Positions 42,982-51,503 of a DNA stretch of 64,000 bases are shown here, piece after piece. Every line of letters begins with the position of its first letter. The first letter of the stretch is position 1. The notes beneath the pieces were generated by a model, which searched no databases, was not told where the DNA came from, and saw nothing but the letters and a program-made list of their open reading frames with translations. Both the position numbers and the translations under genes were made by a program. Source of the DNA: an uncultured Methanoregulaceae archaeon. Its GTDB lineage: Archaea > Halobacteriota > Methanomicrobia > Methanomicrobiales > Methanospirillaceae. The DNA lies in the NCBI GenBank assembly GCA_963701095.1, contig OY969564.1, positions 53,049 through 117,048 on the forward strand, read 5' to 3'.

Positions 42982-43932
42982 TTATTTCCTTCGTGAGACT
43001 TTCTTCTTTGCACCGGCAGTTTTTGTCGGTTTCTTCACTCCAGCGGATTTTTTTCTGACCGGCTCCCCGGATATGGGATATCCTTCCCGGTCAGTAACCG
43101 TTTTAAATTCCGCCATGAGTTGACGGGTAATGGGGCCGGGTTTTCCTGAACCGATAACTCTTCCATCGACCCAGGTGATGGGTGCAACCTCCGCTGCCGT
43201 CCCGGTGCAGATCAGTTCGTCAGCAGTATAGAGATCGAAGTATCCCAGGTTTTGTTCACGAAACGTAATACCCAGCGACTCGGCGAGTTCCTTGACGACC
43301 ATCCGGGTAATCCCCCGGAGGTTGTTAAGTGTATAGGGGGTGAGAATTTCGCCGTTTTTGATGATATACAGGTTGTCGCCGGAACCCTCAGCAAGATACC
43401 CATTGGTATCAAAGAAGATCGCCTCGTCACCTCCTTTATAGTTCGCTTCGATCTTTGCAAGAATGTTATTGAGGTAATTGAGACTCTTTACGTTGGGTGG
43501 CAGTGATTCGGCTGCGTTTCTCCTGACCGAGACCGTAATAGCCTTGAGGCCTTTCTCGTACAGGTCGCCGTACATTGCACCCCATGTCACGCAGATTACT
43601 ATAACGGATGCTTTTGGGCATTTACGGGGATCGAGACCCAGATCCCCGATACCTCGGGTTATGATCGGCCGTATGTAAGCGTCGGTCAGTTTGTTCCTGC
43701 GCATTGTCTCGCAGATCACGTCGGTCATCTCTTCTTTCGTTATCGGCGGGGTAATATCCAGGGTTTTTGCCGAATCGAACAACCGGTCGAGATGTTCTTT
43801 GAGCCGGAAGATTCTGCCCTTGTATGCGCGGATGCCTTCAAAGACACCGTCGCCGTATAACAGGCCGTGATCGAACACGGAGATCTTTGCCAAGGCTTCA
43901 GGGAGGTATTTTCCGTCAATGTAAATGATCAT
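42982..43932 (-). CDS. ilvE: branched-chain amino acid aminotransferase
   Basis: [41 protein letters not shown]. Confidence 0.97.
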   Translation of the reverse strand: MIIYIDGKYLPEALAKISVFDHGLLYGDGVFEGIRAYKGRIFRLKEHLDRLFDSAKTLDITPPITKEEMTDVICETMRRNKLTDAYIRPIITRGIGDLGLDPRKCPKASVIVICVTWGAMYGDLYEKGLKAITVSVRRNAAESLPPNVKSLNYLNNILAKIEANYKGGDEAIFFDTNGYLAEGSGDNLYIIKNGEILTPYTLNNLRGITRMVVKELAESLGITFREQNLGYFDLYTADELICTGTAAEVAPITWVDGRVIGSGKPGPITRQLMAEFKTVTDREGYPISGEPVRKKSAGVKKPTKTAGAKKKVSRRK

Positions 43933-43989
43933 ATTAGTAACACTCCGTCAAGATATACACTTTTATTTTTATACCCGTTTGGGTAATAA

Positions 43990-45060
43990 ATGATCATTGT
44001 GTCTTCCAATACTAAAAAGATACGAAGTGTTCCGCTCTATCTCTCGCTGCTCGAAAAAGCCGGGCGCTCGCAACAAACTATCAGAACCTACCGGGAAGCA
44101 TTGCTCTATTTTTCCCGGTTCCTGGACGTGCCGCTTGAAGAGCTGCACAAGCACCTGAGCGTTGAGAACCTCCTCGCTTATACCGATAGCGCGGCCCTGA
44201 AAGATGCCAGCCAGAACACTCGTCGCATGTGGTTAGCGATCATCCACAAGTACATGAAACTGAATGGCGTGGAGTTCGACGAGCTGGAGACTTCCGTATT
44301 CAAACTCCGGCGTGACGATGTCAGGCGTGACAAGCCGCTGAAGATTGAGACCTTGCAGAAAATGATGGATCTTGCGGATGTGCATATGAAAGCATACCTG
44401 TCATTCCTCATCTCGACGGGTTGCCGGATTAATGAATCAGCGGAAATTCTGATTACGGATATACAAGGCAATAGGGTTACGATACGCCCGGAGATCGCCA
44501 AAGGACGACATGGTGGCACAACATTCCTGACATCGGAAGCCCGGGAATACCTCGACCTGTGGCTGCGTGAGCGGGACCAGTGGATTCAACAGGCAAATGT
44601 GCGGACGAATAATATCGGATTGCGCAGACCTCAGGGTGACCAACGGCTCTTTGCCTGCACATCAAATAATCTCTCGAAACGGTTTCAGAAACTGTATGAG
44701 ACTGTCGACGGCGAGAGCAGCCCTATTAAGGGCGGAACTCGCAACAAGATCACCCCTCACTCGTGTCGCGCATATTTCCGGACACATGCCGTCACCAGCA
44801 TGGGGATTGACCTGGTTGAAGGTATCATGCGGCATACCGGGTATCTGAATGCCGCGTATGTCCGCATGTCAGACGATGAACGCGAGAGGTTGTTTCATCT
44901 CGGAGAACATGAATTGTACATCACGAGGGCAAGCATACGCAATGAGGAACGGAAGATCGAGGAGATCAGAAGGGAGCAGGAAGAGAAAATATTGACCCTG
45001 GAACGACGGACTAAAATACTGGAAGCCTTACTGAAAATCGATGACTCAAAAAAGAAATGA
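43990..45060 (+). CDS. int: tyrosine recombinase/integrase
   Basis: TGCRINE (R), AKG (K), PHSCR (HxxR), MRH..AAY (H, Y); N-terminal core-binding region; C-terminal coiled coil. Confidence 0.95.
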   Translation: MIIVSSNTKKIRSVPLYLSLLEKAGRSQQTIRTYREALLYFSRFLDVPLEELHKHLSVENLLAYTDSAALKDASQNTRRMWLAIIHKYMKLNGVEFDELETSVFKLRRDDVRRDKPLKIETLQKMMDLADVHMKAYLSFLISTGCRINESAEILITDIQGNRVTIRPEIAKGRHGGTTFLTSEAREYLDLWLRERDQWIQQANVRTNNIGLRRPQGDQRLFACTSNNLSKRFQKLYETVDGESSPIKGGTRNKITPHSCRAYFRTHAVTSMGIDLVEGIMRHTGYLNAAYVRMSDDERERLFHLGEHELYITRASIRNEERKIEEIRREQEEKILTLERRTKILEALLKIDDSKKK

Positions 45061-45069
45061 TTTGCCCTT

Positions 45070-45108
45070 AGTTTCATTTTTTGAAACTTTTGGTATTTTT
45101 TTTATATC
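45070..45108 (+). promoter_or_regulatory. fourth copy of host operator plus TATA, inside provirus
   Basis: Exact AGTTTCATTTTTTGAAACT at 45070-45088; TTTATAT at 45101. Confidence 0.7.
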
Positions 45109-45259
45109 ATGTAAAGCGTTTTAGATATACCGCCTTGATTCTGAATAGATGTTAATTCACAGGGTTAAACAACAGATTCAGAGGGCGTTTTGGATCTGTT
45201 ACCTTTCATACCGCACGTTTATGCATATAGAATCGGTGATACTGCACGCGCAAGACTAG

Positions 45260-45424
45260 GTGAGGCCAATTAATCCGACCATCGACGAACAACTTAATGA
45301 TACCAATAAAAATTACAGTACGGGATTTGACGAGGATTTTCGACAGATTATCATCAATATTATCAAGAGCGAAGAGTTTTCAGAATTTCTAAAAAAGGAA
45401 ATTATCGAGATTGCTGAGAGATAA
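45260..45424 (+). CDS. small acidic helical protein, candidate anti-repressor (below ORF-track cutoff)
   Basis: (V/M)RPINPTIDEQLNDTNKNYSTGFDEDFRQIIINIIKSEEFSEFLKKEIIEIAER; SD-like AGGTGA at 45258; start uncertain. Confidence 0.45.
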   Translation: MRPINPTIDEQLNDTNKNYSTGFDEDFRQIIINIIKSEEFSEFLKKEIIEIAER

Positions 45425-45665
45425 TTTCTCTCATTAAACGCTCCAGTTCTCTTTTTACAGCCGGGTTACTCTTCATAAATGTAAGGATGGTTTCCTGCAT
45501 ACTACCTTCAAACTCTTTCCGGTTTTTATAATACTGTAACGCGGTATTCACCAAGTCACTAACTGACTCAAAAGGAGGTTTATTTCCATCTTTTGAATCT
45601 GTCTGATCCTGAACCCATTTGTCAAGATCGTTATTTATCTTGAATGACACCTGCCGTTTTACCAT
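45402..45665 (-). CDS. ribbon-helix-helix repressor (CI-analogue) with C-terminal extension
   Basis: KRQVSFKI strand, SVSDLVNTAL helix; divergent from the early operon. Confidence 0.75.
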   Translation of the reverse strand: MVKRQVSFKINNDLDKWVQDQTDSKDGNKPPFESVSDLVNTALQYYKNRKEFEGSMQETILTFMKSNPAVKRELERLMREIISQQSR

Positions 45666-45692
45666 AATCTTCTCGCCTCAATCTTAGTGATA

Positions 45693-45730
45693 ATGGTACT
45701 ACCATATACGTTATTTAATAGTATCACCAT
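45693..45730. promoter_or_regulatory. operator pair of lysis/lysogeny switch
   Basis: Perfect palindrome ATGGTACTACCAT (45693-45705) and degenerate ATAGTATCACCAT (45718-45730) around a TATA-like TTATTTAATA. Confidence 0.6.
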
Positions 45731-45806
45731 TTTTCCACCTTTTCGGCATGCTTATATTGTTCAATTTCGTAAGTAGATCCACCCACCATAGAGGTGTGAA
45801 TGTAAA

Positions 45807-45953
45807 ATGAGTAAACGAGCAACAATTGAACTCGGAGACAACAATGAACGCATCGTTGACACGCTTATCGAAAAAGGCATTTATAAAACCAAAATTGAGG
45901 CGATTCGTGCTGCAGTACGTGAACATGGCATAAAGTACGGAGTTTTGGCATGA
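45807..45953 (+). CDS. 48-aa ribbon-helix-helix protein (Cro-analogue)
   Basis: MSKRATIELGDNNERIVDTLIEKGIYKTKIEAIRAAVREH; SD GAGGTG. Confidence 0.75.
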   Translation: MSKRATIELGDNNERIVDTLIEKGIYKTKIEAIRAAVREHGIKYGVLA

Positions 45954-46117
45954 TCGAATCACTCGATTATCCGGCAGCGATGACCCCGGAAGATGTAAGA
46001 TACTTCCGTGAACTCGGGCTCGGGCATAAAATAGACATTGGTCTGAAGATTGGTGCCCTGGAACTGATTAATGAGCAACAATATGGTGACCGGCATGCAA
46101 GCAAAAACAGGTTATAA
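45950..46117 (+). CDS. small viral hypothetical protein
   Basis: ATGA overlap with the previous gene; MIESLDYPAAMTPEDVRYFRELG.. Confidence 0.55.
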   Translation: MIESLDYPAAMTPEDVRYFRELGLGHKIDIGLKIGALELINEQQYGDRHASKNRL

Positions 46118-46448
46118 CGGCGCCCCGACCCCACAGCCTGCAAGCATCGCGGGAGAGGGAAGCGCCGGTATAGTATCAGAACACGATCAGAAATATGTGC
46201 GCTCAACCTGCATCAGGTGCTGGCAGAAAGTCGTTATTGCATGGAAAAAGGGCGATTACCTGAAAGACAAGAAATGCCCCCTCTGTGGCGGCCGTCTTTT
46301 GGGTAAGGTGCCGGTCAAAAAGGGAGATCCTGATTACCCTGTTCTCGATGCAGACGCGACCCGGGCTACTGCGTTTCATTGTACAGCAGTCACAGGGACA
46401 AATCCGTTCGAGTTCGTGAGTTCTGCGCATGAACTGGTGGGACCATGA
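46095..46448 (+). CDS. zinc-finger viral protein
   Basis: CIRC..CPLC; GGTGA before MQAKTG. Confidence 0.65.
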   Translation: MQAKTGYNGAPTPQPASIAGEGSAGIVSEHDQKYVRSTCIRCWQKVVIAWKKGDYLKDKKCPLCGGRLLGKVPVKKGDPDYPVLDADATRATAFHCTAVTGTNPFEFVSSAHELVGP

Positions 46449-47260
46449 CCGATCCCCGCATCATTGATTCACCTCTCGGTCCGGTGATCCCGGTAATCGA
46501 TATCGCCAAACAGGTGGGATGCAGCCGCACTACCATCTCACATTCCATGCAAAGGCATCCAGCCCTTTTCAAGGATGTGACTTCAATTCAATGGCTGGAA
46601 ACCCCTAGTGGCAGGCAGAAACATACCTGTATTGCAAAATCGGCAGTAGAGGATCTTATCTCTCACCTACGGCCGATTAACCGTGACAACCTGCCGGAAC
46701 GCATCGACACGTTCCGGGCGGCACAGATCAGGAAAAATAGTGCAGGAGCACCGGCCCTGTCTGATATTCTCGCCGAATATGCCCGGCAGGCAAGCGTGCT
46801 CGCAAAAGATTGGGATGTAAATCCGGCAGTTGCACAGAAAGTATCCATGGCAACGGCCGTGGAAAGATATCCGGATCTGATGCCGTACCGGGCGCTTGTC
46901 GGAGGAAACGCTTCAGAAGAGGCACCAGTATCCCTTGCATTAACACCGGGCTTGCAGGCCGATCCCGATTATGACAAATTCTTCTCTCTCCGCAAGCTGG
47001 CACAGATCTGTCAGTGTGAAGAAAAAGTCGCCAGGAAGATCTTAGTCGATGAGGGTGTGATCGCATACCAGAACACCCACCTGATCCTTACCCATTATGG
47101 AGACCGGTTCGGCAAGATCTTTAAAGTCACCCCGGAAGCCCCACACAGAACGTATGAGGAAAGCAGGATCCGGTATAGCCCGGACGCCGTGCAACTCGTA
47201 CGCGGGAAACTGTTCTGCATTCAGACAACACTTACGCAGGGAAAGAAAGCGACGGGGTGA
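46445..47260 (+). CDS. antirepressor-like DNA-binding protein
   Basis: N-terminal PVIDIAKQVG..TPSGRQ (Bro/Ant-like); C-terminal SLRKLAQ..L.DEGVI..RYSP (KilAC-like). Confidence 0.65.
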   Translation: MTDPRIIDSPLGPVIPVIDIAKQVGCSRTTISHSMQRHPALFKDVTSIQWLETPSGRQKHTCIAKSAVEDLISHLRPINRDNLPERIDTFRAAQIRKNSAGAPALSDILAEYARQASVLAKDWDVNPAVAQKVSMATAVERYPDLMPYRALVGGNASEEAPVSLALTPGLQADPDYDKFFSLRKLAQICQCEEKVARKILVDEGVIAYQNTHLILTHYGDRFGKIFKVTPEAPHRTYEESRIRYSPDAVQLVRGKLFCIQTTLTQGKKATG

Positions 47261-47265
47261 CCTCG

Positions 47266-47427
47266 ATGGGCAAGCGAAAACGCATGTTACAACGAGCAGC
47301 GCCGTTGCTGTTCCGGTCGCATGACCTGTATGCAGAGTGCCGGAAGTATGGTGTAAGGGATATCTATGATCTGCCGGTCACGGTGCATTTCGCGTTCCGG
47401 TCGGAGCGGCTACGAGGTGCAGCGTGA
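47266..47427 (+). CDS. small viral hypothetical protein
   Basis: SD GGGGTGA; GTGA overlap with the next gene. Confidence 0.5.
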   Translation: MGKRKRMLQRAAPLLFRSHDLYAECRKYGVRDIYDLPVTVHFAFRSERLRGAA

Positions 47428-48089
47428 GAGCACAGTATTGTCGGGAGCATATCGACAAAGTAGCTGAAGAGTGCGGCATCAGCGAAGAGTACGTTTCTGA
47501 TGTGAAGAAAGCCGCCAAGTTTTGTTCAGTGGCAGGAGAATTCTCCGACTGTGCTACCAGCGCAATTCTGGCTTTGATTAACGTTTCGGATGATATAGTG
47601 AGAGATAAAGCCATATCGTCCGTGTCAAATTCGTTGAAATCACTAAAGCATCCCCTGAACGGGCAGTTCCTGAAAGAGCGAAAATTGCCAGAAAAGACCA
47701 TCAAGAAGGTGATACGGAATATAGAGCGGGAAGTACGGGGCGAGCTGACAAAGACCTATGAGAAAGAGCGGCGACCTGCACCGGAAACACCAAAAGAACC
47801 TGAAATAGAGCATATTGTTGAGGCACAGACCGGGTTCACGACCGCGGCAAGGATGAGTGACGGTCTTGGCAACACATTCATCCGGGGAAATCCGCTCAAA
47901 ATCACACCGGTTCAGCTGACCAAACTACAGGCAGAATCCGCGATAACTTCTGTGGTTCGGGGTCACTGGACGGATAAAGATCGTGCCGCCCTGGATGATC
48001 TCCGCAAGAACGGAGAGCTCGGCGATACGGATCACGACATCCTCTACAATGCGATGTGGACGTGCCATGATCGGTTGGGGGGTGCGTGA
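47424..48089 (+). CDS. viral hypothetical protein with N-terminal HTH
   Basis: DKVAEECGISEEYVS HTH-like segment. Confidence 0.6.
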   Translation: MRAQYCREHIDKVAEECGISEEYVSDVKKAAKFCSVAGEFSDCATSAILALINVSDDIVRDKAISSVSNSLKSLKHPLNGQFLKERKLPEKTIKKVIRNIEREVRGELTKTYEKERRPAPETPKEPEIEHIVEAQTGFTTAARMSDGLGNTFIRGNPLKITPVQLTKLQAESAITSVVRGHWTDKDRAALDDLRKNGELGDTDHDILYNAMWTCHDRLGGA

Positions 48090-48232
48090 TGGCCGAACAC
48101 AAAAAAGGTCACAAGGGTACGGTATCTACCCTCCGGTACAACCGGCAACGGCGTCGGACAAAGAAAGGACTGGAAAAACCGATTGAGTATACCACGACAG
48201 TAGAAGAAGCAGCTCTCGCGTTGGTGATGTGA
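48089..48232 (+). CDS. small basic viral protein
   Basis: TGATG overlap; MAEHKKGHKGTVSTLRYNRQRRR.. Confidence 0.45.
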   Translation: MAEHKKGHKGTVSTLRYNRQRRRTKKGLEKPIEYTTTVEEAALALVM

Positions 48233-48243
48233 TTTTGTCGCAT

Positions 48244-48298
48244 CTACCTACCTACCTCAGCGTACCGTCCGGTTATGTTATGTTATGTAACATAATCC
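48244..48298. repeat. short tandem repeats and inverted repeat
   Basis: (CTAC)x3.5, (GTTAT)x3, TTATGTTA..TAACATAA. Confidence 0.7.
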
Positions 48299-48353
48299 GT
48301 AGTTCGGATTTTGGCATTAAGTCAATTTCAGGGTTCCATTCGCTGCAAAGGGG

Positions 48354-48821
48354 TTGGGGTCTTTGAGGAAAAACCACACCGTCAGTCTCGAAGAGGAAGA
48401 TGTGCAACTTGCGCAAGCACTCGGTCTGACCAATCTTTCCGATTATGTCCGGAGTGCAATCTCGTATTTTATTTCTGGTTCAGATCGGGAACTCACCCCC
48501 ACCGAGATCCGCGAACTCTCAAAAAAACTCGCTCTGGAAAAGCGAGCAGAACTTCAAAAACAACAGAAAATCACCGGCCAGTCCAATGAGGAAAAACTGA
48601 AGATCGAAGATCTCCGTGCACAACGGCTTGCAAAGATTATCGAGTCGGTGAAAATCGAATCTTCCCGGGTCGGGTTCGACCGGTTCAAACGATACCTGGA
48701 CGATCCCTATGGTGACTACGTTGCGATCCAAGACGACATTATAGCAGCAGTCTCGAATAGTGCCGGTTTCCCGGTGGATCTCGCTGATGTTGTCCAGGCG
48801 TTCAGGCAGGTGTCGGCATGA
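48354..48821 (+). CDS. RHH/CopG-like N-terminus plus coiled-coil viral protein
   Basis: HTVSL..NLSDYVRSAI. Confidence 0.65.
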   Translation: MGSLRKNHTVSLEEEDVQLAQALGLTNLSDYVRSAISYFISGSDRELTPTEIRELSKKLALEKRAELQKQQKITGQSNEEKLKIEDLRAQRLAKIIESVKIESSRVGFDRFKRYLDDPYGDYVAIQDDIIAAVSNSAGFPVDLADVVQAFRQVSA

Positions 48822-49252
48822 GTTCCAACGGTGGCCCCCGGATTAAGAACGCGAAGAAAACCGTTATTGATAAGATCACTTTTGCATCGCATATGGAAGC
48901 CCGGCGATATATTGAGCTTAAGCGGCTGAAAGCGGCCGGGGTCGTGACTAAGATTGATTGCCAGCCGGTATTTATGCTGCAACCTGCGTACCGGAAATGC
49001 TGCGATGTGAAATATGATGCCGAAATGACGCCGTTTCTCTATAAAAAAGGCATCTGTGAGGTATGCGGGAAGAAGATGCCCGTGGTCAAGGCGATCCGGT
49101 ATGTTGCCGATTTCCGGGTTACGTATGCAGATGGTCATTTTGAGGTAGAGGAAGTGAAAGGGTATGCCCAGGAGGTTTGGAGAATCAAGAAGAAAATTTT
49201 CGAATTCCGGTACCCGGAGATCACGCTTACAGTAGTAAAGAAGGTGCGGTGA
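48818..49252 (+). CDS. DUF1064-family PD-(D/E)xK nuclease with zinc-finger insert
   Basis: IDKITFAS.MEARRY, QP.F.L, YVADF, EVKG..KKK.F. Confidence 0.85.
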   Translation: MSSNGGPRIKNAKKTVIDKITFASHMEARRYIELKRLKAAGVVTKIDCQPVFMLQPAYRKCCDVKYDAEMTPFLYKKGICEVCGKKMPVVKAIRYVADFRVTYADGHFEVEEVKGYAQEVWRIKKKIFEFRYPEITLTVVKKVR

Positions 49253-49779
49253 TGACCCACAAACGCAACGGGAATTACAAAACCCTGAAAGATGAATGGG
49301 AAACCCCGGACTGGCTCTTTGCATTACTTGACCGGGAGTTTGATTTCCGGGTGGATGCAGCTGCTCGTAAACACAACACAAAAACCGGACTTTATTTCGA
49401 AGACGCACTTTCCGTAGACTGGGCGCATCAAGGGGGCATTGATCCCAGCTATTTCCTTAATCCTCCCTACAGTGCCGGGAATATCTCCCGGTTTATGAAG
49501 AAAGCCTATGAGGAATCCCTGAAGGGTGCGGTAGTTGTTTGTCTTGTACCGGTCGCATCGGATACCGGATGGTGGCATACCTACGTGATGAAAGCAGACG
49601 AGATCCGGTTCATCAAAGGCCGGGTGAAGTTTATCGGGTACGATGGACAGGGCAACCCTATCAGGAACTCACCGACGTTCTCATCATGTGTTGTTATTTT
49701 TCGGGAAATGTATAAAAAAAGGTTCACTCCGTATATCGGGAAAACCGTCGAGCGACCCCGGAAGTGTGTGCAGTCATGA
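49252..49779 (+). CDS. phage-type DNA N6-adenine methyltransferase (Dam)
   Basis: DEWETP, F.VDAAA, NPPYS, LVP..DT.WW, IRFIKGRVKF. Confidence 0.9.
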   Translation: MTHKRNGNYKTLKDEWETPDWLFALLDREFDFRVDAAARKHNTKTGLYFEDALSVDWAHQGGIDPSYFLNPPYSAGNISRFMKKAYEESLKGAVVVCLVPVASDTGWWHTYVMKADEIRFIKGRVKFIGYDGQGNPIRNSPTFSSCVVIFREMYKKRFTPYIGKTVERPRKCVQS

Positions 49780-50021
49780 ATGAAGAAACAAGAGTTATTT
49801 GGGGACGTTCACGAAGCGAGAAAGCAAAATATGTCCATCTTTTTATCAATGACGAAGACTGCTGTGGACTAGGATCGCGGCTGGATCTGCAAAACGACGA
49901 TTGGGATCCCAACAATCCCGAAACATGCCCGCACTGCAGGAAATATTTTGCATGGCTAAAAAGGGGATTTCACCGCGTTCCAGAATCTTCAGGAATGCGT
50001 AAAAATTCGTTGGCTAAATAG
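49776..50021 (+). CDS. small Cys/His viral protein
   Basis: ATGA overlap; H..CG..CPHC. Confidence 0.55.
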   Translation: MNEETRVIWGRSRSEKAKYVHLFINDEDCCGLGSRLDLQNDDWDPNNPETCPHCRKYFAWLKRGFHRVPESSGMRKNSLAK

Positions 50022-50093
50022 AATATAATTGATAAGTTAAATCCCATTGACACAACAGCACAATTAAGTGTTATACTATGGGATAGTTTAATT

Positions 50094-51305
50094 ATGGAAG
50101 GAGGATTCTATGAAATTTTTCCGGGAAAAAAGCAAAAAGAACATTTTGTCCCTAAATGGTATCTAAGAAATTTTTCTTCCACTCCAGATCAAGGTCATAT
50201 ATGGGTTTATACTACTGAAACGAAAAAAATTAAACAAGAGCCCATTAATCTAGTTGCACAAAAACAAGGATTTTACGGAAAAGAATTCGAAGATTCATTG
50301 GACCCGATTGATACTAGAACGAAGCGTGTAATTGAAAATATTATTTTAAGCGAAAATATTGATGGTTTAACAAGTACTCAGGAAACCACATTACATGAGT
50401 TTTTTACTTTACAATATTATCGAACAGAACATGCAAAAAAGCTCGTCGAAAATCAGCTAGAATTTACCATAAAATTTCAAATGGTACCAAAATTAAAACA
50501 ATCCTATAAACATATTGCCGAAAAAGATTTTGTATCGATATTGAGTGAACCTCCGACACCTAATTTTTTTCTGTTAAACATCGATATGGCATTATGTTCA
50601 ATAAAAGCGTTATCCGATTTAACCCCATATTTAATAAAAAATAACACTAATGTGCCATTTTTTACGAGTGATGACCCCGTAGCTTTCAATAATCGTTATC
50701 ATGTACCCAATAAATTTTTAATCGGTCTTCATTCCGTTGGTTTACAAATATTTTGTCCAATAAACGAAAGATACAGCATAATGTTAATTCATAGAGAGGC
50801 TTACGATTTAAAAAATTCTGATAGATCTCTTATCAAATTAACTTCAAAAAAAGATGTTGATTTATTCAATAAATTACAGATCTTAGACAGTCATTTCCAG
50901 ATTTTTTCAAAAAAGAACTCCTTGAGTTATATTCAACATTTGCATAAAGAATCGGAAATGATGAAAAAATCAAAAGGGTTCGACATAAAATTACAAAATG
51001 AGATTCCTAGTGAAATTAAAGAATATAAAAAAGTAGAAAGAAGAGACTATGGATTACAATTTTCATTTTTAGAGCGTAATAAGAATTTTGTTAGGAACGA
51101 ATGGCCAAAATGTTTAAGGGAATCACAATCATCCAAAACGGCTTTTGTGCGGAATAAAGAAATTTATGACGAAGTAATGGCTAATACCGACTCATTTATA
51201 TCCTCATTTTTGAAGAATTATCAATCAATGATGGAGCAAAAAGTAACTCAGCTCGATTCAAAAACGATTTCTGTAAAACATCCAAGATATATCAATCAAA
51301 CATGA
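50094..51305 (+). CDS. DUF4238 domain protein (AT-rich moron)
   Basis: EHFVPKWYLRNF, LQYYRT, FFTSDDPV, IFCPI. Confidence 0.8.
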   Translation: MEGGFYEIFPGKKQKEHFVPKWYLRNFSSTPDQGHIWVYTTETKKIKQEPINLVAQKQGFYGKEFEDSLDPIDTRTKRVIENIILSENIDGLTSTQETTLHEFFTLQYYRTEHAKKLVENQLEFTIKFQMVPKLKQSYKHIAEKDFVSILSEPPTPNFFLLNIDMALCSIKALSDLTPYLIKNNTNVPFFTSDDPVAFNNRYHVPNKFLIGLHSVGLQIFCPINERYSIMLIHREAYDLKNSDRSLIKLTSKKDVDLFNKLQILDSHFQIFSKKNSLSYIQHLHKESEMMKKSKGFDIKLQNEIPSEIKEYKKVERRDYGLQFSFLERNKNFVRNEWPKCLRESQSSKTAFVRNKEIYDEVMANTDSFISSFLKNYQSMMEQKVTQLDSKTISVKHPRYINQT

Positions 51306-51503
51306 ATATTTTTTTTATTTTTTAACCATTTTCACTCTAAAAATCGCAATATTCCATTCAATAAAGATTCTAAATTATCAATTTCACCGTCCCGCACCCT
51401 CCTTGACCATCCCGTACCCTAATTTCCACTTATCTCAGGCTACCGTCCATTCTCTTTGGTAAATGCCCCATCCAACGTGGCGGGGCTTTTGGAGTATTTT
51501 CTC

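Noticed and set aside
45149-45424. In-frame TAG at 45257 joining two small ORFs as pyrrolysine readthrough
   Set aside because: No pyl genes are visible, pyrrolysine is not expected in this lineage, and an SD-like AGGTGA at the junction suggests independent initiation.
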